From NCBI RefSeq assembly GCF_009914755.1, contig NC_060929.1: a stretch of DNA of 64,000 nucleotides. One strand, 5' to 3'. Under the pieces are notes generated by a model. The model searched no databases. It was not told the DNA's origin and saw only the letters and a list, made by a program, of their open reading frames with translations. The stretch is from the human T2T-CHM13v2.0 reference genome, Homo sapiens. The position numbers and the translations under genes are program-made. Positions 1-13,380 of this stretch are shown here, piece by piece (position 1 is the first letter of the stretch; each line of letters opens with the position of its first letter).

Positions 1-529
1 AAAGAAAACACCACAAGCTTCGTATACCCAGCCCAGAACCATGCCAAAGGGCTCCTTTGAGGTTTGTATCGGGACTGCTGCTGCCAGGTAGGTCTTGCCC
101 CTGCAAGACACGGCCTGGGAGGCCCCTCACCATTCCTGAGAGATAAGATCCCTTTCCTAATCGATTGCCTGAGTAAATGCACGCTAAGCAGCATGGGTGG
201 GTGAACCAACACGAGCAGCGCTCACATTGATACACACGGTCTTAGGCAAACACTCAACTTGTTTGTTCAGGCTCAGACGCTGGCTGAGCACCTGCCATGT
301 GCTGGGAGCTTTCACCTGCATTGTTTCATTTGATCCGCTCTGTGAAAGCTGGGGAGCAGCTTGGCAGCAGGAGATACTCCTGGTTTGTTCGTAAATTCCA
401 ACCAGTGACCAGGCAGCAACATATGCGTTTCCTCATTCAAGTCTTCCAACAGCTCTTGGAGGTGAGGATTTCCATCCCCGCTGTACAGATGAGGACATGA
501 TGTGCGGTGCTAAGCGCAATAGTGCATCC

Positions 530-700
530 TCCTTTCATTTGCTCCCCTCAATGGCCCTGTAAAGTGGGTACTCTAATTACCCCTGTCGTACCAATAAGGT
601 AATGAGGACTCAGAGTGACAATGACTTAGCCAGGGCCACCCAGCTAGCAGAAGCAAAAACAGGATTTGAACCCAGCTCTATGGACATCAGACTTGGTGGC
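530..700 (-). mobile_element. MIR SINE remnant
   Basis: MIR core in reverse orientation (gaggactcagagtgacaatgacttagccagggccacccagcta...ggatttgaacccag). Confidence 0.7.
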
Positions 701-1094
701 TGACTACCCAACTGGGGCTGAGTTTGGGGAAGGAGCTGGCAAGAGCAGATTGGGAGAAATAAAGGGTGCAGAGCCCACTGAAGACACACCATTTCTCTTA
801 AGACCTCTCTCTCTGCAGAGGAATAGGGGCATGTCGCTTGTGGCCCAGGGGCTTTGCAGGAAGTGAAATCCAGGGATGAGGCAGGCAGCCAGTCTCAGCC
901 TAGTGGGCCCTGCTACGCTGATGGCAGCTGGTGGCTTTTCTCAGGCAGTACCTGGCTCCGGGAGGGCTTTAGGAGGACTCAGTACACAAGCTGTGGGCAA
1001 CTTCCCAGGGAACAAGGACAGCTCTGCCTGGATTGCCACTGTCATGCCCCCTGGAAAACAGGAGAGCATGGTGGTTCTATCTTTGGCTCGGAAT

Positions 1095-1215
1095 AAGAGG
1101 GAATTGGATCTGAATCCCAGCTCTGCCACACCCTAGACAAAGACCTCTCTTCCTGTTTTCCCATCTGTAAAATGGGAACCCCTCTAAGGTTGGCAGGAAG
1201 ACTGAATGAGGACTG
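1095..1215 (+). mobile_element. MIR SINE remnant
   Basis: gaatcccagctctgccac...ttttcccatctgtaaaatggg matches MIR core. Confidence 0.7.
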
Positions 1216-1403
1216 AATGAGGATGCTGGGGACTGCCACAGCCTCTGTCTGGCCTGGAAGACTTGCTCTCTCTGGGACCTCCTTTTCTCCTGTGGTCTGC
1301 CAGGGAACATTCAGAAATGGGGTGGGAAAACCCAGATTGCTGGCAAAGAAGGCCTGCCCCTCGCAGAGAAGGCAGCTCTCTCCTGCTGAGTGCTTGCGGA
1401 GAA

Positions 1404-1853
1404 GCACAAGTTTATGAGGGCTGCTGTAGCAACATGTGACACGCTGGGGGCCCTAAACTGCACAAGTGCATTGTCTCACTGCTCTGGAGGCCAGAAGTCC
1501 GGGATCGGGGTGCTGCCAGGATTGGTTCCTTCTGAGGCTGTGAGGCAGGACCTGTTCCCTGCCTCTCCCTGAGCTTCTGGCGGTTTGCAGGCACTTGGTG
1601 TTCCTTGGCTTGTGGGCATGTCACCCGATCTTGGCCTTTATCTTCACATCTCCCTGTGTCTGTCTCTCTGTGTCCGCATTTTGTGTTTTTATAAGGACAC
1701 CAGTCATATTGGAGTATAGCCCACCCTAAAGACCTCATTTTAATTTGATGGCCTCTGTGAAGAACCTATCTCCAAATAAGGTCCCATTTAGGGATACTGG
1801 GGGTTAGGACTCCAACGTGTAAATTTGGGGATGACACAGTTCAGTTCCTGACA
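1404..1853 (-). mobile_element. MaLR solo LTR (MLT1B/MLT1C-type)
   Basis: Reverse strand begins tgtcaggaactgaactgtgtc...gtcctaacccccagta; contains ataaggacaccagtcatattgga, typical of MLT1B/C; ~450 bp. Confidence 0.85.
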
Positions 1854-2269
1854 GCTGGGGAGGGAAGGAAATGGCCTCTTCCATCTGCTGTCCTTGGGAA
1901 GCTGCAGCAAGGCCGGGCTCCCGTCTGTAGCACCATCGCCCAGAGGCACCCTCTCCCCATTAAGGGGAAGGTGAGGCACTCGGAGAGGTAGGAGGGGCTG
2001 CCCCACTGCACCAGTGCAGGAAGGTGGGGCCAACAGAGCTGGGCTGGGACACTCCACCTCTCTGTAGACATCGCCACTTGGCTTAGCATCTTTGGAAGTT
2101 TGTCAAAAGGGGTAGGTAGGGTTTTCTGAAACACCTTTCCAAGAAAAAGGCCACCAAATTCTCCTCAAGGTCACCTCCCTCCACAAGGAACACCTCTAGG
2201 GAAAGGCCTAGACCTCATTCACATGTGAATTGACACCGACTGGCACAGGGCCTGGCTGGTGAGTGTGAG

Positions 2270-2490
2270 GAGCTCTGGCCTCAAGTGCCTGTCCTACCTC
2301 TTCCTTGCTGTGTGGCCTTGGGCAAGCTGCTTGGGCTCTCTGAGCTTCAGTTTCACAACTAATAAAGTGGAGGTAGGAACTGTACCTACTTTCCAATGTT
2401 ATTATAAAGATTAGCTGAGAGAGTGTGTGAGAAAGCCTCAGCACAGGGCTGGGCACACAGTAACCACTCGAAAAACATTGGCTCTTCTTA
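2270..2490 (+). mobile_element. MIR SINE remnant
   Basis: ctgtgtggccttgggcaag...ctctgagcttcagtttc...gggctgggcacacagtaa. Confidence 0.75.
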
Positions 2491-2506
2491 TAACTGATTA
2501 TTGCAC

Positions 2507-2541
2507 TGGATGGATGGATGGATGGATGGATGGATGGATGG
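2507..2541. repeat. (GGAT)n microsatellite
   Basis: Direct tandem tggatggatgga... Confidence 0.95.
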
Positions 2542-2609
2542 AATGGTTCTTAAGTTGATTGGTTTCCTGGACATTCTCTCCGTTGAGAACTCATGAAACC
2601 TGCTTCTGG

Positions 2610-2800
2610 CATCAGATCCAAATACCAGCCCCATCACCTATTGGATGTGGTCTTGAGCAGTTACTACCACCTGACCCTCAGCTGCCCATCTATAAAACAG
2701 GGAGAAGAAGAGGCCACCCACAGAGAGTTGCTGTGAGAATAAAATAACATGATGATGTCTGGAATGAGCTTAACCCAGTGCCTGGCATGTGGGTGCTCTT
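2610..2800 (+). mobile_element. MIR SINE remnant
   Basis: tgtggtcttgagcagttac...catctataaaacaggga...gttgctgtgagaataaaat...cagtgcctggcat. Confidence 0.7.
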
Positions 2801-3589
2801 GGAAGACGCTCACTCTATCTTGGTGGCCGAACAGGCATTCAGACGAAAGCCGCTTTCACCCACAGGCGGGCGCAGAAGGCCACGCCTCCTCCTGCAATAG
2901 TGTTTCCATGGCAGGCCCAGGCACCTTCTATTTTCAGATGACACTCAGTGACATCTTAACAATGCTGAAGCTAGATAGGACCCGCCGAAACAACTGTTTC
3001 CCACCAACATCAGAGCCCTGATGGACAGGGAGGGAGGGAGGTGTCCCCAGTCCTGGTGCAGTCCTGAGCTGGGTTCTAGCAGAACAACAGAGTTCGGGCC
3101 CTATGGTCTCTGCAGATGACCTCCTTGACCTCTACTCTCCCTGTGTGGCTCTGGACTCACTTTCCACTCAGCTCCCTGACCTGAGCCCCTGGAAGCCAAC
3201 CTCCATGGCCTCTATAGTAGCTCCATTGCATGGTGACTTCTAGCTGGGTCCAGATGACAAGAGTGTGGCAGGGGCCACGGCACCGTTGCTGCAGCTGCGT
3301 CCCTATAGGGCCTCTGTGGGCTGGCTTCCGCCCAGGCAACACTGCCTGCAGCCCGGGGCATGACCAGCTTCCCCACTGCCCAGCTCTGGGCTTGTACTAT
3401 GCCATGCTGATTTCCCTACACTCTGCCCACCCCTTTGAAAATAACTCTTCAGATTACCAGATTGAGTATACTTAGGTTATCTTCCAAATCCTATCGGATG
3501 CATTACCTTCATTCACCGCTTCCTTCCTCCCTTCCTCTCCTCCCCTCCTTCCCTGCCACCTCCCCTCCCTTCCCCCTCCTTTCCTCTTT

Positions 3590-3990
3590 CCTTCTGCCAT
3601 AAATATCGATGGAGCATCTACCCTGTGCCATTATCTGTTCCAGGTGGCACCACAGTGAACGGGCAAGGTCCCTGTTGCCCCATGGAGTTGACATTCTAGT
3701 GGGGAGGCAGGTGAAACCAGCAAATAAAGAAACAATTTCACAGAGTGATGTGTGCTAAGAAGAAATCAAGCAGAGGGGTGGCCAGAGAGGGATGCGGGGC
3801 AGGAGAGGTGCTGGAGCGGGTGGCCGGGGAAGGCCTCTCTGAGGAGATGCAAGCTGGACCAGGAGCAGGCTCCAGCCACGGGAGGCTCTGGAGGGAGGGC
3901 CTTTCAGGCGGAGGAACAGCAAGTGCAAAGGGGCTGGGGCAGGCTTGAGCTCAGTGAATCTGAGAACAGAATAAAGGCCAGTGTGGCCTT
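3590..3990 (-). mobile_element. L2 LINE 3' remnant
   Basis: aaatatcgatggagcatctaccctgtgcca...cccatggagttgacattctagtgggg...ggaaggcctctctgaggag...ggaacagcaagtgcaaaggg. Confidence 0.75.
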
Positions 3991-4659
3991 CACAAAGAGC
4001 CACGCCCCTTCCTCTGCTGGGTCTTTGCCTGAACCATTCCCTGGGTTTCCCTTCCTCCAGGCCAGGTAAATGCTGACCAATCCTCCATCCCCAGCTCCAA
4101 CATCCACCCCTTCAGAAGTGGGGTGGGGGGGCCCTCTCTCCTCTTGTCAACAGCCTCAGGGTCCTCTGCCACTAAGTCCTGGACTGTACTGTCTGCACTG
4201 TCACATCACAAGCCATGGATGCCTGTCTCCCACAACAGGACAGGGCGGGAGCTCCTTCCAGTCCAGCCTAGACCGAGTTGCCTTTGTGTCTTGAGTCCAA
4301 CAAGATGCCCTGGGCCTGGCCCAGGGTGGATGCACAGTAAACATTTATTGGGTTAAATAAATGTACTGTTGGAAAAAGTCCAGGGATTTCAAAGGACAAG
4401 ATGGTCACAAGGAGCAGAAGCAGTCAGGGAAGCCTTCCTGGAGAAGGTGGGGCTGGACCTGGGCCTTGAAGGAGGGTATGGAAGGGACCAGTGAGGGAGT
4501 TCCCAGCAGGGGGGATATTCCCAGCAGGGAGCTTCCAGCAGTGAGGGAGTTCCCAGCAGCAGGGGTGGCATGTGCAAAGGCCCAGAGGATGGATCAGGGG
4601 CCAGTCAATGGCTCTATCAGACCCCAGGAGAAGCTCGGGAGATAAGTTAGAAGGAGAAG

Positions 4660-4790
4660 GTAAGCCCCTTCTAAGCCTCAGTTTCTCCATTTGGAAATGG
4701 GGATAATAATCTTGCCTGCATTAAATGAGATTGTACATACAAGGCACTTGGTGTGTTATAGGCCTGGCCCATGGGAGTTTATCAGCAAAT
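4660..4790 (+). mobile_element. MIR SINE remnant
   Basis: gcctcagtttctccatttggaaatggggataataat. Confidence 0.7.
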
Positions 4791-5054
4791 AACATGGGGT
4801 GAGCTGGTGTCACCCCAGCAAGTGTAGGACCCCAGGTCCTGGGGCACTACATGTGCCCGAGTCAGACTCTTGCTTCTTGGGAACTCGGACTGCCGGGCTT
4901 CCTGGATCTGACTGAGCTCAAAACCAGCAGGCTCCTGATACTCCTGCCCTCATCCAGCCCCCATCCACACTCCCAGAAATTCCCAGCCTCCAAGCCCCAT
5001 CCTTTTGTGGGAAGTGCTGATCTCGACAAGGCTTCCCCATAAATACTTAGCAGG

Positions 5055-5280
5055 AGAGAGGTTCTCCTGGGCACTGTATAGCACTTAGAACCCACCAGAC
5101 TTGCAGGGGCCACAAAAATGTTCTGATTTACTGTAAAATCACAAGAAAAAATGAATATAATGTACTCTGGATATATTCGTCTCTATACCAATGCATTCAT
5201 AGTTATCAATATTTTTTTCTGGAATAAGGGGCCATAGAGACAAATGGCCTAGGGCCCACACATGTCCTAACGGAGCCCTG
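5055..5280. mobile_element. hAT-family MITE (ORSL-like)
   Basis: ggggccacaaaaatgtt...ctggatatattcgtctctataccaatgca...gcctagggcccac...gccctg resembles the ORSL consensus. Confidence 0.65.
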
Positions 5281-6506
5281 CCCATTGGAAGGTGTGGGTG
5301 AACCATGGGGGGACATGGAAACTGAGGCTCAGACCTGGATGGCCCAAGGTCACACAGCGTCTTAGTGTTGGATTTGAACCCAGGGCAACCTGGCTCCTAA
5401 ATCTTTGATGGTTGTTTTTCTTCAGATGGCCTATCAAACCTACATGTTCCAGTCTTCTTTGAGGCCTCAGATTTTCTGACTGCAGTGCTCAGGAGGCGAT
5501 AGACATCCCTTCCTCACCACCCACACATGCACACAGGGGGTCGCCCCCCTCACGCCACAGGCATCCTAATGGGGAGAGCTAGGAAGAGTCCTTCTGGATC
5601 ATCTGGTCTACCTGGCTCACCACACAGCTGGGACTCCGAGGCTCCATGTGGGGACGTGCTCTCGTGGTGCTGGGGATGGGGTGGGATGGAGATTACCCAT
5701 CACCCAGTGCTCCCTTCCACTCCCCACCACCTCGTTTACATTGAGTCTGAGTTAGACAAGAATCTGATGTTGTCCAGATGGAAAAGTCCCCCTGATTTTG
5801 GCTGAAAAGCTCCTTGCTGAGGGAACTATTCAAGGCAGGTGTACTACAGCCTAAACCCTGCTGGAAACACTCACCCGGGTCGGAGATCTGCTTTCTCTCC
5901 TGCCCCCGCCCCGCCCCGCCCCGTCCCACCTGTCTCTGTCAGAACAACAGGAGCCGGCCAAGAGGCCAAGCCCCGTCAGTCCTGTTCTGAGGGAAGGTGG
6001 TGGGTTAACTTAAGGTGGCGTGTTCATTTAAGGGCAGGCTGTCATCCTGGGCAGTGACTGGGGAGGCTTCTCAGCGGCACCCTGGCCTGAAGACATCCCC
6101 CTCTTGAGTGCCTAAAATCCCACCATCTGGGCTCGATTCAAAGCAGAAAGGTTGTTTACTGGGCATTTCCTTTAAAGGCAAAGAAGTGAGTGACTCTGTC
6201 AAGATCCTCTTTCCCTGTGGCCATGCGCCTGGGCAGCATGGGGACTCTGAGGTTCTGGCTGGGAATCTGGAGAGGGGGAGGGGATGTCATCACCGCTTTA
6301 GCCCTATATGGCCTTTTAGAGTCAACAACTTTGACCTGTCATGTCCAGGGAGGCAGGAGAGCTTTGTAGTTAAGAATACAGGCCGACCTGGTCACAGTCC
6401 TCACTGTGTAGCTCTGAGCCCCTCCCATCTGTCAGATGGAGATGAAAATTTTCTAGGAATATTTTGAAAATATTAAGCCAATACATTTTCTTCTCTCTTC
6501 CCTGTT

Positions 6507-7116
6507 AAAGGGAGGAAGGAAGGAGGGAAAGATGGAAGGAAGAAGGGAGGGATGGAAGGAAGGAGGGAAAGGAGGGAAGGAAGGACGAAGGGAGGGAGGG
6601 AAGAATGGAAGGAAGAAGGGAGGGACGGAAGGAAGGAGGGAAAGGAGGGGAAAAGGAAGGAGGAAGGGAGGGAGGGAAGGAGGGAAGGATGAAAGGAAGA
6701 AGGGAGGGATGGAAAAAAGGAAGGAGGGAGGGTGGAAGGAAGACAGAGAAGGAAGAAAAGATCCAGGAAGGAGGGAGAGAAAGAAGGAGGGAAACAGGGA
6801 AGGAAGGAGGGAAGGAGGGAAGGAAGGAGGGAAGGAGGGAAGGAGGGAAGGAAGGAGGGAAGGAGGGAGGGAAGGAGGGAAGGAGGGAAGGAAGGAGGGA
6901 AGGAGGGAAGGAAGGAGGGAAACAGGGAAGGAAGGAGGGAAGGAGGGAAGGAAGGAGGGAAGGAGGGAAGGAGGGAAGGAAGGAGGGAAGGAGGGAAGGA
7001 GGGAAGGAAGGAGGGAAGGAGGGAAGGAAGGAGGGAAGGAGGGAAGGAAGGAAGGAGGGAAGGAAGGAGGGAAGGAAGGAGGGAGGGAAAGGGAAGGGAA
7101 GGGAGGAAGAAAAAGA
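6507..7116. repeat. ~610 bp polypurine (GGAA/GGGA) low-complexity tract
   Basis: Almost purely G/A on + strand, built from ggaa and ggagggaa units. Confidence 0.95.
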
Positions 7117-7974
7117 TCCCCAAACATGGAGTTTGTCCCTGGCTCCTAGGGAGGAAGGAGGATTTAAGAGAATGACCCAGTTTAACAGGAAGCAGAGGGA
7201 GAAGCCCCCTCCGTTCCAAGCTGGTTGAACATTTGTGAGTGAGGGACATTTCCTAAACATGTGAGGTGAGGGATCAGGAGGGGTTTACTCACAGAAATAC
7301 AGATGTGGTGCAGTGTTGGAGTCCCCTCCTGAAAGGGACTTTCAGCCAGCACTGCAGCCCTTCCTCCCTGGCCCTCGTACTCTCTGGCTTTCTCCCTGCA
7401 TTTCTTTCTGTCTGTTCCCTGCCCGTCTCTTTCCTTCTCCCCTTGCAGAGCCCAGCACCTGTGAGCTGTGTCTCCAGGCACAGTGCATGTTTCTGCCTGG
7501 TGGCTGTCTCTACACCTGCACCTTCAGAGTCTCACTCAGTGCACTGTGAGGTCACCTTGTGAGAGCCACACCACATCCCTGTCAGGAGGGCACTGCTGCT
7601 ATCTGCATCCTACAGATGAGGATGCCAGGGCTCAGAAAGGGGAAGTCAGTTCTTCCTGGCCTACCTTCTTCTTGCCCAGGGGGCCAGGGTTCTGGGAAGG
7701 AAGCTTGGAAAACCCTAGGACTCAAGGGTTTCCATGAGAAGGGAGCCATCTTGAGTTCCGCATGCCTTGCAGCTGGGAGGTAGCTCATTGTGGTGGAAAG
7801 CAACTATTGTTGAGCCAGGATTTACACTCAAGTTGGAGCTAACGGACCCCCTGTGGCGGATCTCAGTTCATCTCAGTTAAGTGAAATGCATTGTCTTAAT
7901 CATAAAGCTAGCGAGGAACGGAGCCAGAATCTGAAGTCACATCTGTGTAACGTCAAAGTTTGTGCTCAACCACA

Positions 7975-8130
7975 AACGTGTTCAAATCGCAGCTCTTCCT
8001 CTTGTTGGCTGTGTGGCCTTGGACAAGTCACTTGACCTCTCTGTTCCTTAGATTTGCCAACTGTTAAATAATGATAGTAATGTTTCTGATGCTTATGCTT
8101 ATCTAGAGGATTAAATGAGATAATGTCTAA
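7975..8130 (+). mobile_element. MIR SINE remnant
   Basis: ggctgtgtggccttggacaagtcacttgacctctctg...gaggattaaatgagataatgt. Confidence 0.75.
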
Positions 8131-8199
8131 AGTTGTGTCCCTGTGGGAATTCTGGGGGTTACCAGCCATGTCTTGGCTCCCGTGAAGCGACAGTGATGA

Positions 8200-8340
8200 A
8201 AGCTGACATTTGACAGGCACCACTTCACTTTCTCCTCACCACAACCCTATAAGGTGCTGTTATTCTCCCCATCTCCAGATGAGAGAACTGAGGCACAGAG
8301 AGGGAGGGTCATTTGCCCAGGGGTCACAGAAGTCACACCA
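8200..8340 (-). mobile_element. MIR SINE remnant
   Basis: ccccatctccagatgagagaactgaggcacagagagg...ttgcccaggggtcacag. Confidence 0.75.
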
Positions 8341-9364
8341 GCCAGAGGCCTGGGTGTTCTCTGTGCTTAGCCCCATGCGAAGCTGTCTTCCTACATTAAA
8401 AAATAAATAAATAAAATGTGAATGAAGTTAACCCTTTAAAAGATGCAGCATTAGAAGTAGAGGATTTCAGCCCTTTCCGAGAAACAGAGTCAGAGGCAGC
8501 CTGGCCATGCAGAGATGCATGTTGTCTGCCAGGCTCCCTGCTAGGACCTGCTGTCTTAGAATTTCCAGCTGGGTGGGAGGGAGCGAGGCTGAGGACAGAC
8601 AACATGCCGAGACCCAGAGGCACAAGAATGGGGCCAGGACAGGGGGCTGGGGAGGGGTGTTGTATGAGGCCAGGGCAGGGAGGCATAGATTCTGCCAGGG
8701 TGAGGGGCCAGCCTTGTGCATGTTTTTGTTGGGGAGGGGGATGTTGAAGAGTCACAGGAAACTGAGGTGAGGAAGGTAACAGGTCAGCCCAGTTGGTGGA
8801 CAAAGAGGGTGGTCACCAGCAAAGGCACAGTAACCAGAGAGCTCATGCAGTGTTTAGGGAACAGCTTGCTGGGGACACAGGCTGCTGGGGTAGGGATGAT
8901 GGTGTTAGGGGGTCAGAATGGAGGCTGGAGAGAGATCTTGAGCCTAGGAATCTGTTTTTATTCAGCACCAGGTGCTTCCCATGGGCGTTGTCCAAGGATT
9001 ACGCTTTGGGAATCGCAGGCTACACCCAGACAACCTGTCCTGGGGCCGCTACTCCAGAGTTGGGAAGGAAAGATGGTGTAGCTCAGCCAGGAGTCAGGAA
9101 GGCCTGGGGGTCAGCCCTGCTCTGGCATTGCTGGCTGTGTGCCCTTAGGCGAATCATTTGCTCTCTGTGCCCCAGGCTTCTTGCAGGTAATATTACGCTA
9201 ATATTGAATTTCCAAGAAGGCCGTGAAGATTAGCTCTGAAAAAGATCTGCAAGTCACTGGCATGGTGCTGATTCATAGCAGGTGCAGGAAGCAGCCTTCC
9301 TTTCTTTCTCCTTCAGAAGGCGCTACTGTCCCCTCATGTGAGCAAAATCACAGTGACCAACTGA

Positions 9365-9800
9365 ATTAGTCAGGTTGGTTCTACTGTCAGGGACAGAAGC
9401 CAACTCAAATTGGCTTAAAAGAAAACTGAAGAGGCTCCCGTCAAAGGGCCCAGCAGCAAAGGAAGCATGTGGGTGCCCGTCAGTCAACATTCTGTCTGTC
9501 TCTGCTTCTCTTTGCCGTCGGCCTTCTTTCTCCTCCTGTTGCTGTGCTGCCTCCAGGAGGCCAAGAGTGAGGCTCTCAGAAGCCCCGGCCCAGCAACCCA
9601 GAAGAGGGAGAGCCGCTGTCTCCCGATATCTGTAGCTTAGTCCCAGGGAAGGCTCTGATTGGTTGTGCTTGGGTCATGTGCCCATTCCTTGAGCCAATCA
9701 CGCTGGCCGAGGATGCAGTATTTTAAGTGGCCAGGCCTCTGACCAGAGGAGTGCCATCTAGGACCAGGGGAATAAGCAGCCCTCCCTGGCCAGAAAAAAG
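9365..9800 (-). mobile_element. Old MaLR LTR (MLT1J/K-like)
   Basis: gacagaagccaactcaaattggctt...ctctgattggttgtgcttgggtcatgtgcccattccttgagccaatcac. Confidence 0.7.
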
Positions 9801-10248
9801 CCCAAGCGAAACAACTGAAAACCCAGAACCAGCTCAGATGCTTCTTCGTTTCTGTGCGTAACCTACCTTGCACAGGCATATGCATGTTCCAAGCTGCCTC
9901 TGGATTATTTGTCTCCACATCCTCTTCCCCCAAATGCGAGTTTCTCCAGATAGGACTAGACCCCACATCTCCACGGCCCCGATGCCTGCTATGGGGCTGG
10001 TCACAGAGCATGGGCTGACACGTCTTTACAGCCAGCGTCCAGTGTCCTCTCCACGGCCTCCATCTGAACCCACCCTCTGCTCTCTGCCTGCCTGTGCCCT
10101 GCCTTCTTCTAGGCACTGCTCCCGGACTGCTGTGTCCTCTGGCTGGTAGGCGGACGCCAGCCCTTCTTTCCTTCTGAGTCCCCGAGGTCGGGCTGGAATC
10201 CCAGAGGCTGGCATCCCAGGTCACATGGTTACTTGGCTTCATGGTTGA

Positions 10249-10490
10249 TCCTTCCTTCCTTTCTTCCATCTTTCCTTTCCTTCCTTCCTTCTTTCCTTCC
10301 TTCCTTCCATGTTTCCTTTCCTTCCTTCCCTCCTTCTTTCCATCTTTCCTTCCCTTCCTTCCTTCCTTCTTTCCATCTATCCTTCCCTCCCTCCCTTCCT
10401 TCTTTCCTTCCTTCCATCCTTCCTCTCCTTCCCCTCCCTCCCTCCCTCCCTTCCTTTCTTTCTTTTCTTCTCCCTCTCTCCCTTTCCCTT
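10249..10490. repeat. Polypyrimidine (TTCC/TCCC) low-complexity tract
   Basis: Near-pure C/T tract on + strand. Confidence 0.95.
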
Positions 10491-11704
10491 GCTTGTTCAC
10501 TTGGAAGCTCAGTGGTCCTTCACAAAATGAGTGGACTATTTTATGTTCTTCTCCAACTCTGGCCACGAAGCTGAGGAAGGGAGGGCTGCTGCTGTTTCTG
10601 TGTGGGTTAGGCTGACCCCACTCACAGCCCCTCTTCCTCCTTGTGGCCTGAGTATCCTGAAGCCCAGTTGGCTACACCAGAGAAAAAGAGTTGCTGCTTT
10701 TCTCCAAGATCAGTTCCCTGCAGATACCACTGGGGATTTGTTGTCTCCTCTCCCCTCCCCCATTGGCCAATGCCTCCTTCCAAAGAGACGTTCTTTCTTT
10801 TCTTTTTTTCTTTCCTTTTTCTTTCCTTTTTTTGGGCACTGTTTAAAAGCGAGTAATATAAGTCTCAGATCCCCTCACATCATGTTAATGTTAAAGTACG
10901 ACTAAAAATAAATTGTGGGTTGCCATAGGAACCCTGGCTGTTGCTAGGTTTAGTCTGTGGGGGATTGGGAGCCCTGCTTTTTCTGGCCCTGCTGGAAGGC
11001 GGTCTCTGTGGCTGCCAGAGCACCTGGGAGGGGCCCCCAGGGCACCACCCCACCCCCCAAACCCCTTGAAAGGTGGCCTCAGAGTCAGTGCTCCACTGGG
11101 AGCACTGAGATCACCCTGGAAGGAGGACTGGGTCTCTGCAAAGCCTCTGAAAAGGAATTTCCAAGAAGGGGGTTGGAGAGGGAGAAAATAAAGGAAGGGA
11201 GGTAAAGGGAGAGAAGAAAGGGAGGGAGGGAGAATGGACATAGAGAGGGAAGGAAGGGAGAGGGCACAGGCTTGGCCGGGCCTGTCCTCCAGCCAGACCC
11301 CCTCCAGGTACTTTTGGACAGAGGTGCTAGTCCTCCACAACTTTCCTGCTGTGCAGATGTTGAAGCAGAGGCAGCGAGATGGGAGGTAACGTGCCCAGTG
11401 GCACACAGCTGGAAAGAGGCACAACTGGACCCCAGATCACAGGCTTTCTGACCCAGCCTGGGCCACAGGGCCTTTTCTGTCCACCCTTTCCCCCTAAGCC
11501 CTCTCTGCAGCTGGACCTCTGCTTATCCAGTGGGCCTTGGGCCACTCGGGCTCTGTCCATCCCTGCCCCACGAGTAGACTTCTCAACCTCTGTCCCCTAA
11601 TCGGGACGCACTGAGGACACTGTATGCCAGCCCCTAGCTGTCGCCCATGCACAGTGGGAAGTGCCTATGTCCCTTCTCAGTCAGCCCCATTTGCAGCACA
11701 GCAT

Positions 11705-11905
11705 GGGATCAAGAGGCCTGACTTGAGAATCAGGCAGACAGGAGTTCAAATCCATTCTCAGTGCTTGCTGCTGTGTGACTTTGAGCAGTCTGCCTGCCTC
11801 TCTGAACTTCAATTTCCTCATCAGCATGGATTCCTCCCTCGAGGGGTTGCTGTGAGAACGTGTGGGAAGATGGCTGTGGGCCCTGGGCCTGGCACGTTTG
11901 AAGAG
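11705..11905 (+). mobile_element. MIR SINE remnant
   Basis: gagttcaaatcc...gctgtgtgactttgagcag...cctctctgaacttcaatttcctcatc...ggttgctgtgaga. Confidence 0.7.
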
Positions 11906-12583
11906 CTGGCTGCCGCTGTTATCTGGATGATCTCGCAAAGATGCCCTGTGTTTGCAGCCACAGCACATGGCACTAGCCCCACAGGGGGTATGTCCCCCAG
12001 CCATGTGACCCAGGAACGCATTGGGACACTTGAGCGTTGTGCAAGCAATGCTGAAGAGGTGGGGGACTCAGGCGCAGGCCCTAGGCCGTGGCCCCCACGT
12101 GCATTTCTAGAACTGGCCAGAGTGCTGCCCAAGGGAGTCCCTTGCAAAGAAAGTAAATGGCAACCAGAGATGAAAGAAGGCTGGCCATCATGCAGATGCC
12201 ATTGTTACCAGACTTCCCTCCCTCCCTTCCACAGACATTTCCTGATTGGATCCTCAGTGCTGGACACAGTGCCAGGGCTCCAGAAAGTGAGAGGAACACT
12301 CTACTTAGTTGTCCATGACATGTGGAATAAACAGAACAAAGACACCATTAGAAGGGGATTCCAGATGCCTGCAAGCTCAGAGCACTCATCTCCAATGACA
12401 TCCAAAGGGCAGAGGGAAGCAGGGCTCTCAGTTGTGGGGGCAGACCTTGTATTTTGTCTGTCATAGACTGGAGCTGATGGGTTTACAGTCCCACTGACTT
12501 TATAGAACCTCGTTGGTTCTGTCATCAGGATGCAGTAGGATCTCCTACCAGCAGGGTGGGGAGTATTAAAAAATGACTGTTGT

Positions 12584-12949
<366 letters not shown>

Positions 12950-13048
12950 CTACCCCATGATCCAGCTGCTGATGAAAGAGTAGGGTGAGGGTCAGAGACT
13001 GAGTGGGACTTAAGGGGCCCAAGAGGAGTGGGAGAGGACTTTGAACTA

Positions 13049-13380
<332 letters not shown>

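Noticed and set aside
4489-4560. Short imperfect duplications (also ~1200, ~58195, ~61447)
   Set aside because: Ordinary slippage duplications of 11-40 bp with no further structure.
6453-7260. Long ORFs (147-258 aa) rich in P/S/L/F or G/R/K/E
   Set aside because: Translations of the GA-rich low-complexity tract.
9637-10566. 309-aa minus-strand ORF
   Set aside because: Spans a simple repeat and an MLT1 LTR; no recognisable domain.
11624-12466. 280-aa ORF
   Set aside because: Runs through MIR/L2 remnants; no recognisable domain or exon structure; consistent with chance in GC-rich DNA.
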